Source: Gemmatimonas sp. (GTDB taxonomy: Bacteria; Gemmatimonadota; Gemmatimonadetes; Gemmatimonadales; Gemmatimonadaceae). Taken from it: a stretch of DNA of 64,000 bases. Position numbers and translations under genes: made by a program. Numbering within the stretch: position 1 is the first letter of the stretch; each line of letters opens with the position of its first letter. The stretch lies in contig OZ257156.1 of assembly GCA_965279375.1 (NCBI GenBank), positions 1,120,001 through 1,184,000 on the forward strand, read 5' to 3'. Positions 19,571 to 29,105 of this stretch are shown piece after piece. The notes beneath the pieces are model-generated. The model saw only the letters and a list, made by a program, of their open reading frames with translations, ran no database searches and was not told the origin of the DNA.

Positions 19571-21322
19571 ATGCCGACCGCGAAAACCACTCCGAAGTCG
19601 TCCCGCCCCACTCCTGCTTCAAGCGACAAGCCTCGTATCGAGAAGGCAACGCCGTCCGCGCCGACGCCATCGCGCCGTCGGGACTCCGCAGGACGTGACG
19701 CCGCCGATGAACTCGGACGGAACGTCGCGGAGCTTGAAGCGGTTGTTGCTGCCATCGGGCAATCGATGGCCGTCATCGAGTTCGATCTTGATGGCACCGT
19801 GCTCACTGCGAATGACAACTTCCTCGGCGCTCTGGGCTACACGCTGCCGGAGATTCAGGGCCAGCACCATTCGATGTTCGTGGACGAAGCGGCGCGCAAC
19901 AGCGACGCCTACCGCGCCTTCTGGGCCAAGCTCAATCGCGGCGAGTTCGATGCCGGCGAGTACAAGCGCATCGGCAAGGGCGGACGTGAGGTGTGGATCC
20001 AGGCCTCGTACAATCCGGTCCGCGATCGCGAAGGCCGTCCGACGAAGGTCGTGAAGTTCGCCACCGACATCACCAAGCAGTCGCAGCTCATGGCCGACTA
20101 CAGCGGACAGATCGCCGCCATCGGTGCGTCGAACGCGGTGATCTCGTTCAATCTCGACGGCACCATCGTCGAGGCCAACGACAACTTCCTCGGGCTGCTG
20201 GGATACCGGCTGGACGAAGTGCAGGGCCGCAAGCACAGCATGTTCGTCGATGACGCTGAGCGCAACGGCACGGAGTACCAGGAGTTCTGGGCCAAGTTGA
20301 ATCGCGGCGAGTTCCACGCCGGCGAGTACCGGCGCATCGGCAAGGGCGGCAAGGTTTGCTACATCCAGGCGACGTACAACCCGATCCGCGATCGTGATGG
20401 GAGGCTGGTCAAGGTCGTGAAGTACGCGACCGATGCAACGGCGATGGTTGCGCTGCGCGCCAGCATGCAGAAATTCCAGGCCGACGCCGTGCTCTTGGCC
20501 GATGGCTTTGAGTCCACGGTTGCCGCGATCGCCGGTGTGGTGAGCGCGTCGTCGACCGAACTCGAAGCGAGCGCGCAGGGCATGGCCGCCTCCACCGAAG
20601 AGACGACGCGACAGGCGCAGGCCGTCGCGGCCGCCTCCGAGCAGGCGACGCGCAACGTGCAGACTGTCGCCAGTTCTGCGGAGCAGCTGACCGCGAGCAT
20701 TCGCGAGATTGCGAGCCGCGTACAGGAAGCGTCGTCGATCTCGCAGATCGCGGTCCGCCAGGCCAATGAGACGTCGGAAACGATGGCCAAGCTCGGGATC
20801 TCGAGCCAGGAGATCGGTCAGGTCGTCAAGGTGATCACGTCGATCGCGCAGCAGACCAACCTGTTGGCACTGAACGCGACGATCGAAGCCGCGCGCGCTG
20901 GCGAAGCGGGCAAGGGCTTTGCAGTCGTGGCGAACGAAGTGAAGGAACTGGCCCGTCAGACGGCCCGCGCGACCGAGGAGATCGGCAGCAAGATCGCCGG
21001 TGTGCAGTCAGAGACTTCGCTGGCCGTGCAAGCCATTCGCGACATCACCGGCGTCATCAACAAGATCAACGAGATCTCGACGACCATCGCCGGTGCGGTC
21101 GAAGAGCAGAACGCCGCGACGAGCGAGATTTCACGCAACGTTGGCGAAGCGGCACGTGGCACCGCCGAGGTCAGCTCGAGCATCGCGATGGTCACGCAGG
21201 TCGCGTCGGAAGGCGGACGCACAGCGGAGAGCATCAAGTCGGCCGCGGGCGGTCTCTCGGTGGAATCCGAGCGCCTCAACAACGCGGTGCGTGAGTTCCT
21301 CGGTCAGCTGCGCAAGGTCTGA
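19571..21322 (+). CDS. Soluble methyl-accepting chemotaxis protein with two PAS/PAC domains
   Basis: Two repeats of ANDNFL..LGY...E.QG..HSMFV...[10 protein letters not shown]...IQA.YNP and the signalling tip [30 protein letters not shown]. No TM helix. Confidence 0.93.
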   Translation: MPTAKTTPKSSRPTPASSDKPRIEKATPSAPTPSRRRDSAGRDAADELGRNVAELEAVVAAIGQSMAVIEFDLDGTVLTANDNFLGALGYTLPEIQGQHHSMFVDEAARNSDAYRAFWAKLNRGEFDAGEYKRIGKGGREVWIQASYNPVRDREGRPTKVVKFATDITKQSQLMADYSGQIAAIGASNAVISFNLDGTIVEANDNFLGLLGYRLDEVQGRKHSMFVDDAERNGTEYQEFWAKLNRGEFHAGEYRRIGKGGKVCYIQATYNPIRDRDGRLVKVVKYATDATAMVALRASMQKFQADAVLLADGFESTVAAIAGVVSASSTELEASAQGMAASTEETTRQAQAVAAASEQATRNVQTVASSAEQLTASIREIASRVQEASSISQIAVRQANETSETMAKLGISSQEIGQVVKVITSIAQQTNLLALNATIEAARAGEAGKGFAVVANEVKELARQTARATEEIGSKIAGVQSETSLAVQAIRDITGVINKINEISTTIAGAVEEQNAATSEISRNVGEAARGTAEVSSSIAMVTQVASEGGRTAESIKSAAGGLSVESERLNNAVREFLGQLRKV

Positions 21323-21330
21323 CCGCCACT

Positions 21331-21696
21331 ATGAAGCGCATACTGGTAATCGATGACTCGGGCGCGATTCGCAAGGCGATCCGCCGCATTCTCGAAGGGT
21401 TGTCGTACGAGGTGATGGAAGCGGAAGACGGGCAGAAGGCGCTCGATGTGCTGTTGTCCGGTGCGCAGTTTCAGGCGGTGCTGTGCGACATCGACATGCC
21501 GAACATGGACGGTCTCGAGTTTCTCGGGGCCGTCTCCAAGCGAGGCGTCCTCGCGCCGCCGATCATCATGTGCACCACGCATACGTCGTTCGACAAGATC
21601 CAGACCGCCATCACGCTCGGCGCGACGGAATACATCATGAAGCCGTTTGACGCGACCATCATTTCTTCCAAGCTCGAAGCCTGCGGGGTTGCATGA
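21331..21696 (+). CDS. cheY: Chemotaxis response regulator CheY
   Basis: Single receiver domain (VIDD, CDIDMPNMDG, CTT, MKPF) inside the che operon. Confidence 0.9.
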   Translation: MKRILVIDDSGAIRKAIRRILEGLSYEVMEAEDGQKALDVLLSGAQFQAVLCDIDMPNMDGLEFLGAVSKRGVLAPPIIMCTTHTSFDKIQTAITLGATEYIMKPFDATIISSKLEACGVA

Positions 21697-22793
21697 CTAA
21701 GACCCCGGACGCAATCCGGGTGATGATTGTCGATGACAGCGCGGTGATCCGCGGCGCGTTGGGCCGCATTGTCGATGAGCAGCCGGATATGCTCGTCGTC
21801 ACCACCGCGCCGAACGGCAAGGTTGCACTCGATGCGCTCAAGCACAGCAAGATCGACGTCGTGTTACTCGACATCGAAATGCCGGAGATGGATGGGCTGA
21901 CGGCGCTGCCAAGAATTTTGGCGGAGTATCCGGCCACGCGTGTGATCATGGCGAGCAGTCTCACACAGCGTGGTGCGGAAGTGACCATGCAGGCGTTGTC
22001 GATCGGGGCGGCAGACTTCATTGCCAAGCCGGCGGCGAAGGCCGGGTCAGCGACGTTGGTAGCCATCAGTACGGAGATCGCCAGCAAGGTGCGTGCGGTC
22101 GGCCGCGCGGCGCGCGGGCGCACGGAAACGCGCCCGGCGGCCAGCAAGTCCGCCGCGCCGGTGCGCACCGAACTGCTCGCATCGCGTGGTCCCGTTGCCG
22201 TTCCCCGCCTCGTTGCCATCGCATCGAGTACCGGTGGACCGAACGCGCTTTCGACGGTGCTCAGCGCCCTGCCCAAGACGTTCCCACTGCCGATCCTGAT
22301 TACCCAGCACATGCCCGCGGTGTTTACGACACTGCTGGCGCAACGACTCGAACGCGACACCGGGCGGACATGCATCGAAGCCAACGACGGCGACGACATT
22401 CGCGCCAACGTGACTTATATCGCTCCAGGCGGATTTCACATGGTCGTGCAGACCAACGAAGGCGTGCCGTACATCCGGCTCAGCGAAACGGAACCCGAGA
22501 ATTACTGCCGCCCGTCCGCCGATCCGATGTTCCGGTCGATCGCCGCGATCTACGGTGCGTCCGCCATCGGCGTGGTACTGACAGGAATGGGTGTGGACGG
22601 TATGCGCGGCTGTCAGCAGGTGAAGGAACGCGGCGGACGTCTCGTGGTGCAGGATGAGGCCACGAGCGTGGTGTGGGGCATGCCAGGCGCAGTGGTGCAG
22701 GCCGGCCTCGATCCAGTCGTCGCGCCCGTCACCGAAATCGGCAAGACCATCCTGAACTGGTGCTCGAACAGTGCCGGAGCGATCGCGGCATGA
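21693..22793 (+). CDS. cheB: Chemotaxis methylesterase CheB
   Basis: REC domain plus ASSTGGP, QHMP, RPSAD, LTGMG.DG and SVVWGMP motifs. Confidence 0.96.
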   Translation: MTKTPDAIRVMIVDDSAVIRGALGRIVDEQPDMLVVTTAPNGKVALDALKHSKIDVVLLDIEMPEMDGLTALPRILAEYPATRVIMASSLTQRGAEVTMQALSIGAADFIAKPAAKAGSATLVAISTEIASKVRAVGRAARGRTETRPAASKSAAPVRTELLASRGPVAVPRLVAIASSTGGPNALSTVLSALPKTFPLPILITQHMPAVFTTLLAQRLERDTGRTCIEANDGDDIRANVTYIAPGGFHMVVQTNEGVPYIRLSETEPENYCRPSADPMFRSIAAIYGASAIGVVLTGMGVDGMRGCQQVKERGGRLVVQDEATSVVWGMPGAVVQAGLDPVVAPVTEIGKTILNWCSNSAGAIAA

Positions 22794-23647
22794 TCACCCC
22801 GGACGAATACGCTTTCATCGAAGCGTTGCTCAAGAAGCACAGTGGCTTGTCGCTCGGTCCGGGCAAGGAGTACCTGCTCGAGAGCCGGTTGCCGCCGGTG
22901 GCCGTCACCTATGGGCACGCCGACGTCAATGCGTTGATCGCGGCGATGCGCCGCACAACGCCGCCGGCGCCGTTGGTGAAGCACGTGTGCGACGCGATGA
23001 CGACCAACGAGACACTCTTCTTTCGCGACAACAAGCCGTTCGTTGCGTTGGAGAAGGAGATTCTGCCGGCCGCGGCGCAGCGTGCGCGTGCACTCGGGCG
23101 ACCGCTCCGCATTTGGTGCGCCGCAAGCTCCACCGGGCAAGAACCGTATTCCATCGCGATGATCGTCGCGCAGACAGAGCATCTGCTCGGCGGAACGAAG
23201 GTCGAAATCACCGCGACGGATTATTCGGCAGCAGCGTTGGCTCGCGCCAAGGCCGGTGTCTACAATCAATTTGAAGTGCAGCGCGGCTTGCCGATCCAGT
23301 TGATGATGAAGTACTTCACGCAGGTGCCGGAAGGCTACGCCATCAAGCCCGAGATTCGGCAGCGTGTGACGTACCAGGAGATCAACCTGCTGGATCCGTT
23401 TCCATCGTACTGGCAGTTCGACATCATCTTCTGCCGCAACGTGCTCATCTACTTCGACGTGCCCACGAAGAAGGATGTGATCGACCGGATGGCGCGTTTG
23501 CTCACCCCCGGCGGCAGCATGTTCCTCGGCGGCACCGAGAGCACGCTCGGCATCACGGACTCCGTGGTACGTGTGCCGAACAATCAATCGGGGATGTTGT
23601 GTCGTCCCAGTGAAGTGGCCATGCACGCGACGGCCGTCGCGGCTTGA
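22790..23647 (+). CDS. cheR: Chemotaxis methyltransferase CheR
   Basis: TTNETLFFRD, WCAASSTGQEPYSIAM and FCRNVLIYF motifs. ATGA overlap with cheB. Confidence 0.96.
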   Translation: MITPDEYAFIEALLKKHSGLSLGPGKEYLLESRLPPVAVTYGHADVNALIAAMRRTTPPAPLVKHVCDAMTTNETLFFRDNKPFVALEKEILPAAAQRARALGRPLRIWCAASSTGQEPYSIAMIVAQTEHLLGGTKVEITATDYSAAALARAKAGVYNQFEVQRGLPIQLMMKYFTQVPEGYAIKPEIRQRVTYQEINLLDPFPSYWQFDIIFCRNVLIYFDVPTKKDVIDRMARLLTPGGSMFLGGTESTLGITDSVVRVPNNQSGMLCRPSEVAMHATAVAA

Positions 23648-23665
23648 GTCGGGGCGCGGTGCAGG

Positions 23666-23708
23666 AACAACAAAAAACGGCGCCCGCGATGTTCGCGGGC
23701 GCCGTTTC
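23666..23708. terminator. Bidirectional terminator between cheR and tRNA-Phe (right islet hairpin)
   Basis: 15-bp stem AAACGGCGCCCGCGA-TGT-TCGCGGGCGCCGTTT with A/T runs on both sides. Confidence 0.8.
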
Positions 23709-23729
23709 TGCTTGTTGAACCAATTGCAG

Positions 23730-23802
<73 letters not shown>

Positions 23803-23924
23803 GTTCCGACCCGAGCAGCGTCCCGCCCGAGCCGAGCTGTCAAACATAACCCGGGAATCCGCGTCGCCAACCCCTCACGCCACAGAAAGGGCCCCGCAAC
23901 GGCGCGAGCTCCCGCGGTACCTGT

Positions 23925-24458
23925 TCAGTTCGCGCGCTTGAGCGATGTCACGTGCGCGTTCACCGCGTGATTGAGCCTGAGCCCGAACACCCCGTCCGGT
24001 GACACCACGGACCGCGGCAGTGACACCGCTTCCTTGCCGTTCACCGAAAACACCACGGTCTGCGGCCCCGCCACGATAGTGAAGTCGTTTTGCATCGCAT
24101 CCTTGGCCGTCGCCAGCTTGATCGACGTCAGATACGTCCAGTCCTTGAGCGTGATCGACTTGGCGCCCACCCGCTGCTTCACCAAAAGCGAGCGTCGTTG
24201 CGCAGCAGAAAGTACGTGTAGCGCTGCGCGTCGCTGCGGAGTCCCTGTCCGCCGATGAACACGCCGTATCCCTCGCGATCACGACCGGGCGTCGGAAACA
24301 GGAAGATGCTGCTCGTGGCCGAGCGTTCGCTTTCCTTCGTTAGCGCCGGTGAGATGCTGCGGCTGCTTGGGCTTCGCCTGCGCCTGTGCGGAAATCGGAG
24401 CGACGAGCATTGTGAGCGCGGCCATCACGGCGGCACTGCGAAATGCGAAGCGAGACTA
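23925..24458 (-). pseudogene. Disrupted secreted beta-sandwich-type protein
   Basis: AGGAG RBS is followed by a signal-peptide-like frame with no ATG (xSRFAFRSAAVMAALTMLVAPISAQA). The reading then shifts to SSIFLFPTPGRDREGYGVFIGG..YTYFLLRND and shifts again to VKQRVG..FGLRLNHAVNAHVTSL. Confidence 0.6.
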
Positions 24459-24534
24459 CTGGCTCCTGTCCTCAAAGAGGACGCACGCGGATCCCCATCG
24501 CTCGCCCTGATAGAGGTGACGGCTCCGGTTACGG

Positions 24535-26514
24535 CTATGGGGTGAAACGGATCGGATAGCTGCCCAGCACACGCGCGTCGCCCAGCGGTCCGACACGCAC
24601 CTGCATGCGCAGGTCACCGGGCTGCCGGGACGTCACCTCGACATCCATCGTCTCGCCGATCGACACCAGCAGATTGTCGGGCGCGCTGCGCGACAGTGAA
24701 CTCGGCACGGGCGTCCCGTCCTTGGCAATCACGCGCCACGCCACGGCGCTGTCTCCGCGCATCAGCCGCACCCGAAGCCCCGAACGTCTCAACGTCATGT
24801 TCACGATGCGTAAGCGCAGGGTGTCGCCCACCCGCACACTGACCGGAGTCGGCTCGCGCCGGGCGTTGAGCAGCACGAAGCCCGCAGCTTCCCTCTGGTC
24901 TGCGGGCGACGACAGCAACACCGCCTGATCACGGACCGGATCGAACTGCTGTCCCGGCTCCAGCACGATGATCGGCCCCGCCAGTCCTGCCGCCTGTTGC
25001 CGGTTCTCGTCGTGATGGGTGTGATAGATGAACGTGCCCGCTCTCGGCGGGGTGAAGCGAACCACGAACGAATCGCCCGGTGCCACCAACGGCGCGAGCT
25101 TCCGCCCACTGCCACTGAATCCAGGGACGCCATCGTAGTAGCTCTCAAGCTCAATCCCGTGCCAATGAACGGCAGTGGGTTCCGCCAGCCGGTTGACGAC
25201 GGTGATCTCCACCGGCTCGCCCCGTGTCAGCACGAGCGGCGGCGCGGCCACCAGCCCGCTGTCCGCCGGAGGCTCGACGCCACGCTCGTTCAAGGCATAA
25301 GCGAATGTCGGGTTCGCAGCGCTGCTTCCCACCGTCGGCCGCACGAGTAGTCGGAGAACCCGCGGCGATTTGGTGTCGGTACTGGCCGAAACGACAGCCC
25401 TCGCGCCCTTTCGCGCCCCGACCACCACACCGAGCACCATCCCGCTCATCCCGTCGTTCGCGTGTGAGCCGTGCCCGGACGTCGCCCTGCCCGCCGTGTC
25501 CCGCGGCAAGCCGAGCGGTCCCCGCGCCTCGAAATGCTCCGGAATGTGGCAGTGAAAGAGCCAGTTGCCCGCCCGTTCGGGTACCCACGTCATCGCGAAC
25601 GTGGCGCCCATCGCCGCGGCTTCAGTGACCTCGAGCGGCGAACGTTCGGCGGTAAACAGCGTGTCCGTTGTGCCGTCGCCGCGCGAGGTCAGGCGGAAGT
25701 AGAACCCATGCAGCTGCATAGGATGCAAGTCGCCCGACGCGTTGATCACCCGCCAGCGCACGCTGTCGCCGACTGTTGCGGCGAGCGGCTCGGTGTTGGG
25801 CCACGAGCGGCCGTTCACGACGCCGAGCACCCGACGCCGTGGCAAGAAGGATCTGGCCACCGTGTCGGTCCACATGCCGATAACGAAGATCCGGTCCGCG
25901 ATCGCCTTTCCCGGAGGGTCGACCACCACGGCCCCGGTGAGCTGCGCATCCAACCCGGTTCTGAAGGCCAACGCCCGTCGGGTGGTGGTGCCCCAGTAGT
26001 AGTAGGTGCCGGCGGCGTCGAGTCGAAACGTGACGGTGCGCTGATCGCCGCGCGCCAGCACCAGCGGCACGGAGTCAGCGGCGCTGGCGAGTGGTCGGTC
26101 GTACAGTCCGTACACGCGAAGCGTGTCGGTCGGGAGCGTGTTGCGGACGGAGACCGTGACAGTGCTGCCCTGCGTGACGCGCAGCAGCGGCCCCGGAATC
26201 CGTGGCGCACCCCCGACCACCGCGAACGCCGGCACGGTCACCCCAGCCCCACCGTCGCCGTGGGGACGCCAATCGGACAGCCGAGCCTCGAGCGCGAGCT
26301 TCCACGCATTGCCGGTGCGCACGCCGGCAGCGATGCGATTGTCGTTCGGCCGTACTCGCATCGGAGCGCCCTGCGAGGGCCCACGTTGCGCCGCGAGCGG
26401 CACGTGTACGAGGGCACCGAGCAAGCAGGCGGTCACACAGGCGTTCAGCACGCGGGCGTTGCGTACGCTGGCGTTGCGTACGCTGGCGTACAGCGCGCGG
26501 TGCAGCGCGATCAT
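24535..26514 (-). CDS. Multicopper oxidase-domain protein (four cupredoxin domains, permuted Cu motifs)
   Basis: IPGPLLRV, HPMQLHG, WLFHCHIPEH, VHWHG and GTFIYHTH motifs. Signal peptide present; start is uncertain. Confidence 0.85.
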   Translation of the reverse strand: MIALHRALYASVRNASVRNARVLNACVTACLLGALVHVPLAAQRGPSQGAPMRVRPNDNRIAAGVRTGNAWKLALEARLSDWRPHGDGGAGVTVPAFAVVGGAPRIPGPLLRVTQGSTVTVSVRNTLPTDTLRVYGLYDRPLASAADSVPLVLARGDQRTVTFRLDAAGTYYYWGTTTRRALAFRTGLDAQLTGAVVVDPPGKAIADRIFVIGMWTDTVARSFLPRRRVLGVVNGRSWPNTEPLAATVGDSVRWRVINASGDLHPMQLHGFYFRLTSRGDGTTDTLFTAERSPLEVTEAAAMGATFAMTWVPERAGNWLFHCHIPEHFEARGPLGLPRDTAGRATSGHGSHANDGMSGMVLGVVVGARKGARAVVSASTDTKSPRVLRLLVRPTVGSSAANPTFAYALNERGVEPPADSGLVAAPPLVLTRGEPVEITVVNRLAEPTAVHWHGIELESYYDGVPGFSGSGRKLAPLVAPGDSFVVRFTPPRAGTFIYHTHHDENRQQAAGLAGPIIVLEPGQQFDPVRDQAVLLSSPADQREAAGFVLLNARREPTPVSVRVGDTLRLRIVNMTLRRSGLRVRLMRGDSAVAWRVIAKDGTPVPSSLSRSAPDNLLVSIGETMDVEVTSRQPGDLRMQVRVGPLGDARVLGSYPIRFTP

Positions 26515-26648
26515 TGCGTGCCTGCGCCGCTCAAGGCAGTCGCGCGACATTCCCGTCCCTCCCGCACTCGGCCACCATCGCATAGCCTCGGTCTCCGAAT
26601 GCGTCGCTCGCGAAGATACGCGGCGCGACGCGAGTGCAACTGTGCCGA

Positions 26649-27044
26649 CTACTTCGTCTGCGGCCAGCTCGCCGTGATGATGCTCTTGAGCCCACCACGC
26701 ACGTTGAAATCGCCCACGACCGTCATGTGCTTGGGCGCACACGACGCCACCAGATCATCGAGAATGCGATTGACGGCGCGCTCGTAGAAAATGCCGTCGT
26801 TGCGAAAGCTCCAGAAATAGAGCTTGAGGCTCTTGGCCTCGAGGCACTTCTCGGCCGGCTTGTAGGTGATACGAATGGTCGCGAAGTCCGGCGCGCCCCC
26901 TTCAAGCAACGTCAGTTCGGCAGCATCGCTTTCAATGCCACCCAACGGACAGAGCGACGTGAACTCCGTCGTCTCCATGTAGATCTCATAGTCCCGATCC
27001 GCATACGGATTCGGAAACGTTTCCAGCAGCTGTGGTTTCGGCAT
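26649..27044 (-). CDS. queF: NADPH-dependent preQ0 reductase QueF (type I) with an active-site loop insertion
   Basis: FPNP, EFTSLCP...PDFA, E.KSLKLY and FNVRGG motifs. Confidence 0.92.
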   Translation of the reverse strand: MPKPQLLETFPNPYADRDYEIYMETTEFTSLCPLGGIESDAAELTLLEGGAPDFATIRITYKPAEKCLEAKSLKLYFWSFRNDGIFYERAVNRILDDLVASCAPKHMTVVGDFNVRGGLKSIITASWPQTK

Positions 27045-27065
27045 GCCGGAAAACTAGCCGCTGGA

Positions 27066-27989
27066 TCAGTCGCCGCGCAGCTTCTTGGACCACGCCTCGA
27101 GGAGCGCCTTTTCTGCCGTCGTCAACGCCGTCAGCCCTTCGGCGGCGATCTTGTCGAGCACCGCATCGAGCGCGGTGGCAGGCACCGGAGTCACGGTCGC
27201 CGTGGTGGTGGCGACCGGTGGGTTGTTGGCAGGACGCACGCGCGCCACAGCGGCCTTGCTCTGCGCGACGATCTCATCGATGTCGCGATCGCGCGGACGC
27301 GCGGTGCCACTCTTCGGGATAGCGCGCGGCGTTTCGTCGCCGTAGTCAGGCGCCGGCGCAATGCGACGACGCAACCGGTCGAGGCTGCCGGCGTTGGGCG
27401 TCTTGAGGAAGATCCACCCGGCGACCATGCCGCCGATGTGCGCGGCATATGCCGTCCCGCCCACGCTGCCATGATCGATGACGGCCATCGCGACGTTCAT
27501 CACCGCCATGAAGAGCACGAGCCACCGCACCTTCATGGGCACCACGCCGAAGAACAGCACTTCGTCGTCCGGCCAGCGCGACGCATACGCCACCGCCACG
27601 CCAAGGATCGCCGCCGACGCGCCGATGAGCACCGCACCGCTGCGCTCGAACATGTAGTGGAACGCCCAGCCACCGAGCCCGCACCACAGATAGAACCAGG
27701 TGAACGTGCTGCTTCCCCACGCCCGCTCGACGCGCGGCCCAAACAGCCACAGCGTCCACATGTTGAGCACGAGGTGCATCAACCCACCGTGCACGAACAT
27801 GTACGTCACCACGGTCCACAACGACCGCGAGGCCAGATCGCCGGGCGCGTAGCCCAGCGCATTCGCCATGACCGGCTCGCCCGTCAGCGTCGCCTGCACG
27901 AAATACACGCCCACGCACAGGCCGATGAGCCAGTACACGGCGGTCACACTGCGAGGCTGTTCGAACTCGTCGTAGGTTGCGTAAGCCAT
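27066..27989 (-). CDS. Rhomboid-family intramembrane serine protease
   Basis: TYMFVHGG.MHLVLNM, GASAA and AHIGG motifs. C-terminal 'LDAVLDKI..EGL..LT..EK' tail. Confidence 0.92.
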   Translation of the reverse strand: MAYATYDEFEQPRSVTAVYWLIGLCVGVYFVQATLTGEPVMANALGYAPGDLASRSLWTVVTYMFVHGGLMHLVLNMWTLWLFGPRVERAWGSSTFTWFYLWCGLGGWAFHYMFERSGAVLIGASAAILGVAVAYASRWPDDEVLFFGVVPMKVRWLVLFMAVMNVAMAVIDHGSVGGTAYAAHIGGMVAGWIFLKTPNAGSLDRLRRRIAPAPDYGDETPRAIPKSGTARPRDRDIDEIVAQSKAAVARVRPANNPPVATTTATVTPVPATALDAVLDKIAAEGLTALTTAEKALLEAWSKKLRGD

Positions 27990-28064
27990 GGAATTCGGCG
28001 AGGGCCAATCGGCGTATGCCGATCAGATCTGGAATCGCTGCGGCATCACTGCACGTTTACTGCA

Positions 28065-29105
28065 CTACTCCACAACGGAGCGTCGCAGCGCAACGTTGCG
28101 CGCATCAATGGCCAGCTGCACGATGCGCTCACACAGGTCGGGAAACAAGACACCGGCCGCCTTGGCGGCCAGTGGGATAAGACTGGTGGGAGTCATCCCC
28201 GGCAACGTGTTCGCTTCCAGACACCACGGCTGCCCATGAGGGTCCAGCCGGAAGTCGATGCGGGCGTAGCCGCCGAGCTTGAGCGCGGCGAACGCTCGCT
28301 TGGCCTGATCGGCCAGCTTGGACTGAATCTCCGGGGACAGCTCCGCCACGAACTCCTCAGCCATCCCCGGCGTGTACTTGCACTCGTAGTCGTAGAGCTC
28401 CTTGACCGGCTTGATCTCGATCGTCGGCAGTACCTGGTCGCCCAGGATGCCCACGGTCAGCTCCTGTCCCGGCACGAAGCGCTCCACCATCACCTCGTCG
28501 TCGAACCGGAACGCCTCGCGGATGGCAGCCGCCAGCTCGCTCGGCTCGCGCACAATGCTGAGCCCGACGGTGCTTCCCTGCTTGGACGGCTTGACCACCA
28601 CCGGCCAATCGAGATGTCGGCCGACCTCATCCGGATCGAGCCCCTCAGGCGGCGACATCATCCAGTTCGCGGTGGCCACCCCAGCCGCCCGCAGCACGAC
28701 CTTGGTGAGGTGCTTGTCCATCGCCAGGGCGCTGGCCAGATGACCGCTGCCGGTATACGTCACGCCAGCCATGTCCAGCACGGCCTGCACGGTGCCGTCT
28801 TCGCCCTGCCCGCCGTGCAGCGCGAGGAAGACGCAGTCGGCGCCGGTGATCTCCGGCATGGTGCCCAATACCGGCGAGAGCGACCGCGAGGCGAGCCCGG
28901 CCAGCGCCTCGAGACTGGGCGGAGCCGACCCGACGCCGCTCGCCAGCAACGCCTCCTCCTTCTCCCGCGAGAGCACCCCCTCTGCCGGATCGAGACAGAC
29001 GACCTCATGACCCTTGGCGCGCAGGCCGACCGCAATGCGGAGCCCGGAGGAGAGCGAGACTTCGCGTTCGGCGGACACGCCACCCAGCAGGACGGTGATC
29101 TTCAT
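28065..29105 (-). CDS. ddl: D-alanine--D-alanine ligase
   Basis: GG.SAEREVSL.SG, LHGGQGEDG, MDK, YDYECKY and EANTLPGMT.TS motifs. Confidence 0.96.
   Translation of the reverse strand: MKITVLLGGVSAEREVSLSSGLRIAVGLRAKGHEVVCLDPAEGVLSREKEEALLASGVGSAPPSLEALAGLASRSLSPVLGTMPEITGADCVFLALHGGQGEDGTVQAVLDMAGVTYTGSGHLASALAMDKHLTKVVLRAAGVATANWMMSPPEGLDPDEVGRHLDWPVVVKPSKQGSTVGLSIVREPSELAAAIREAFRFDDEVMVERFVPGQELTVGILGDQVLPTIEIKPVKELYDYECKYTPGMAEEFVAELSPEIQSKLADQAKRAFAALKLGGYARIDFRLDPHGQPWCLEANTLPGMTPTSLIPLAAKAAGVLFPDLCERIVQLAIDARNVALRRSVVE

Noticed and set aside
26457..26490. 15-bp tandem repeat GCGTTGCGTACGCTG x2
   Set aside because: A short slippage duplication in the MCO signal region. There are no spacers, so it is not CRISPR.
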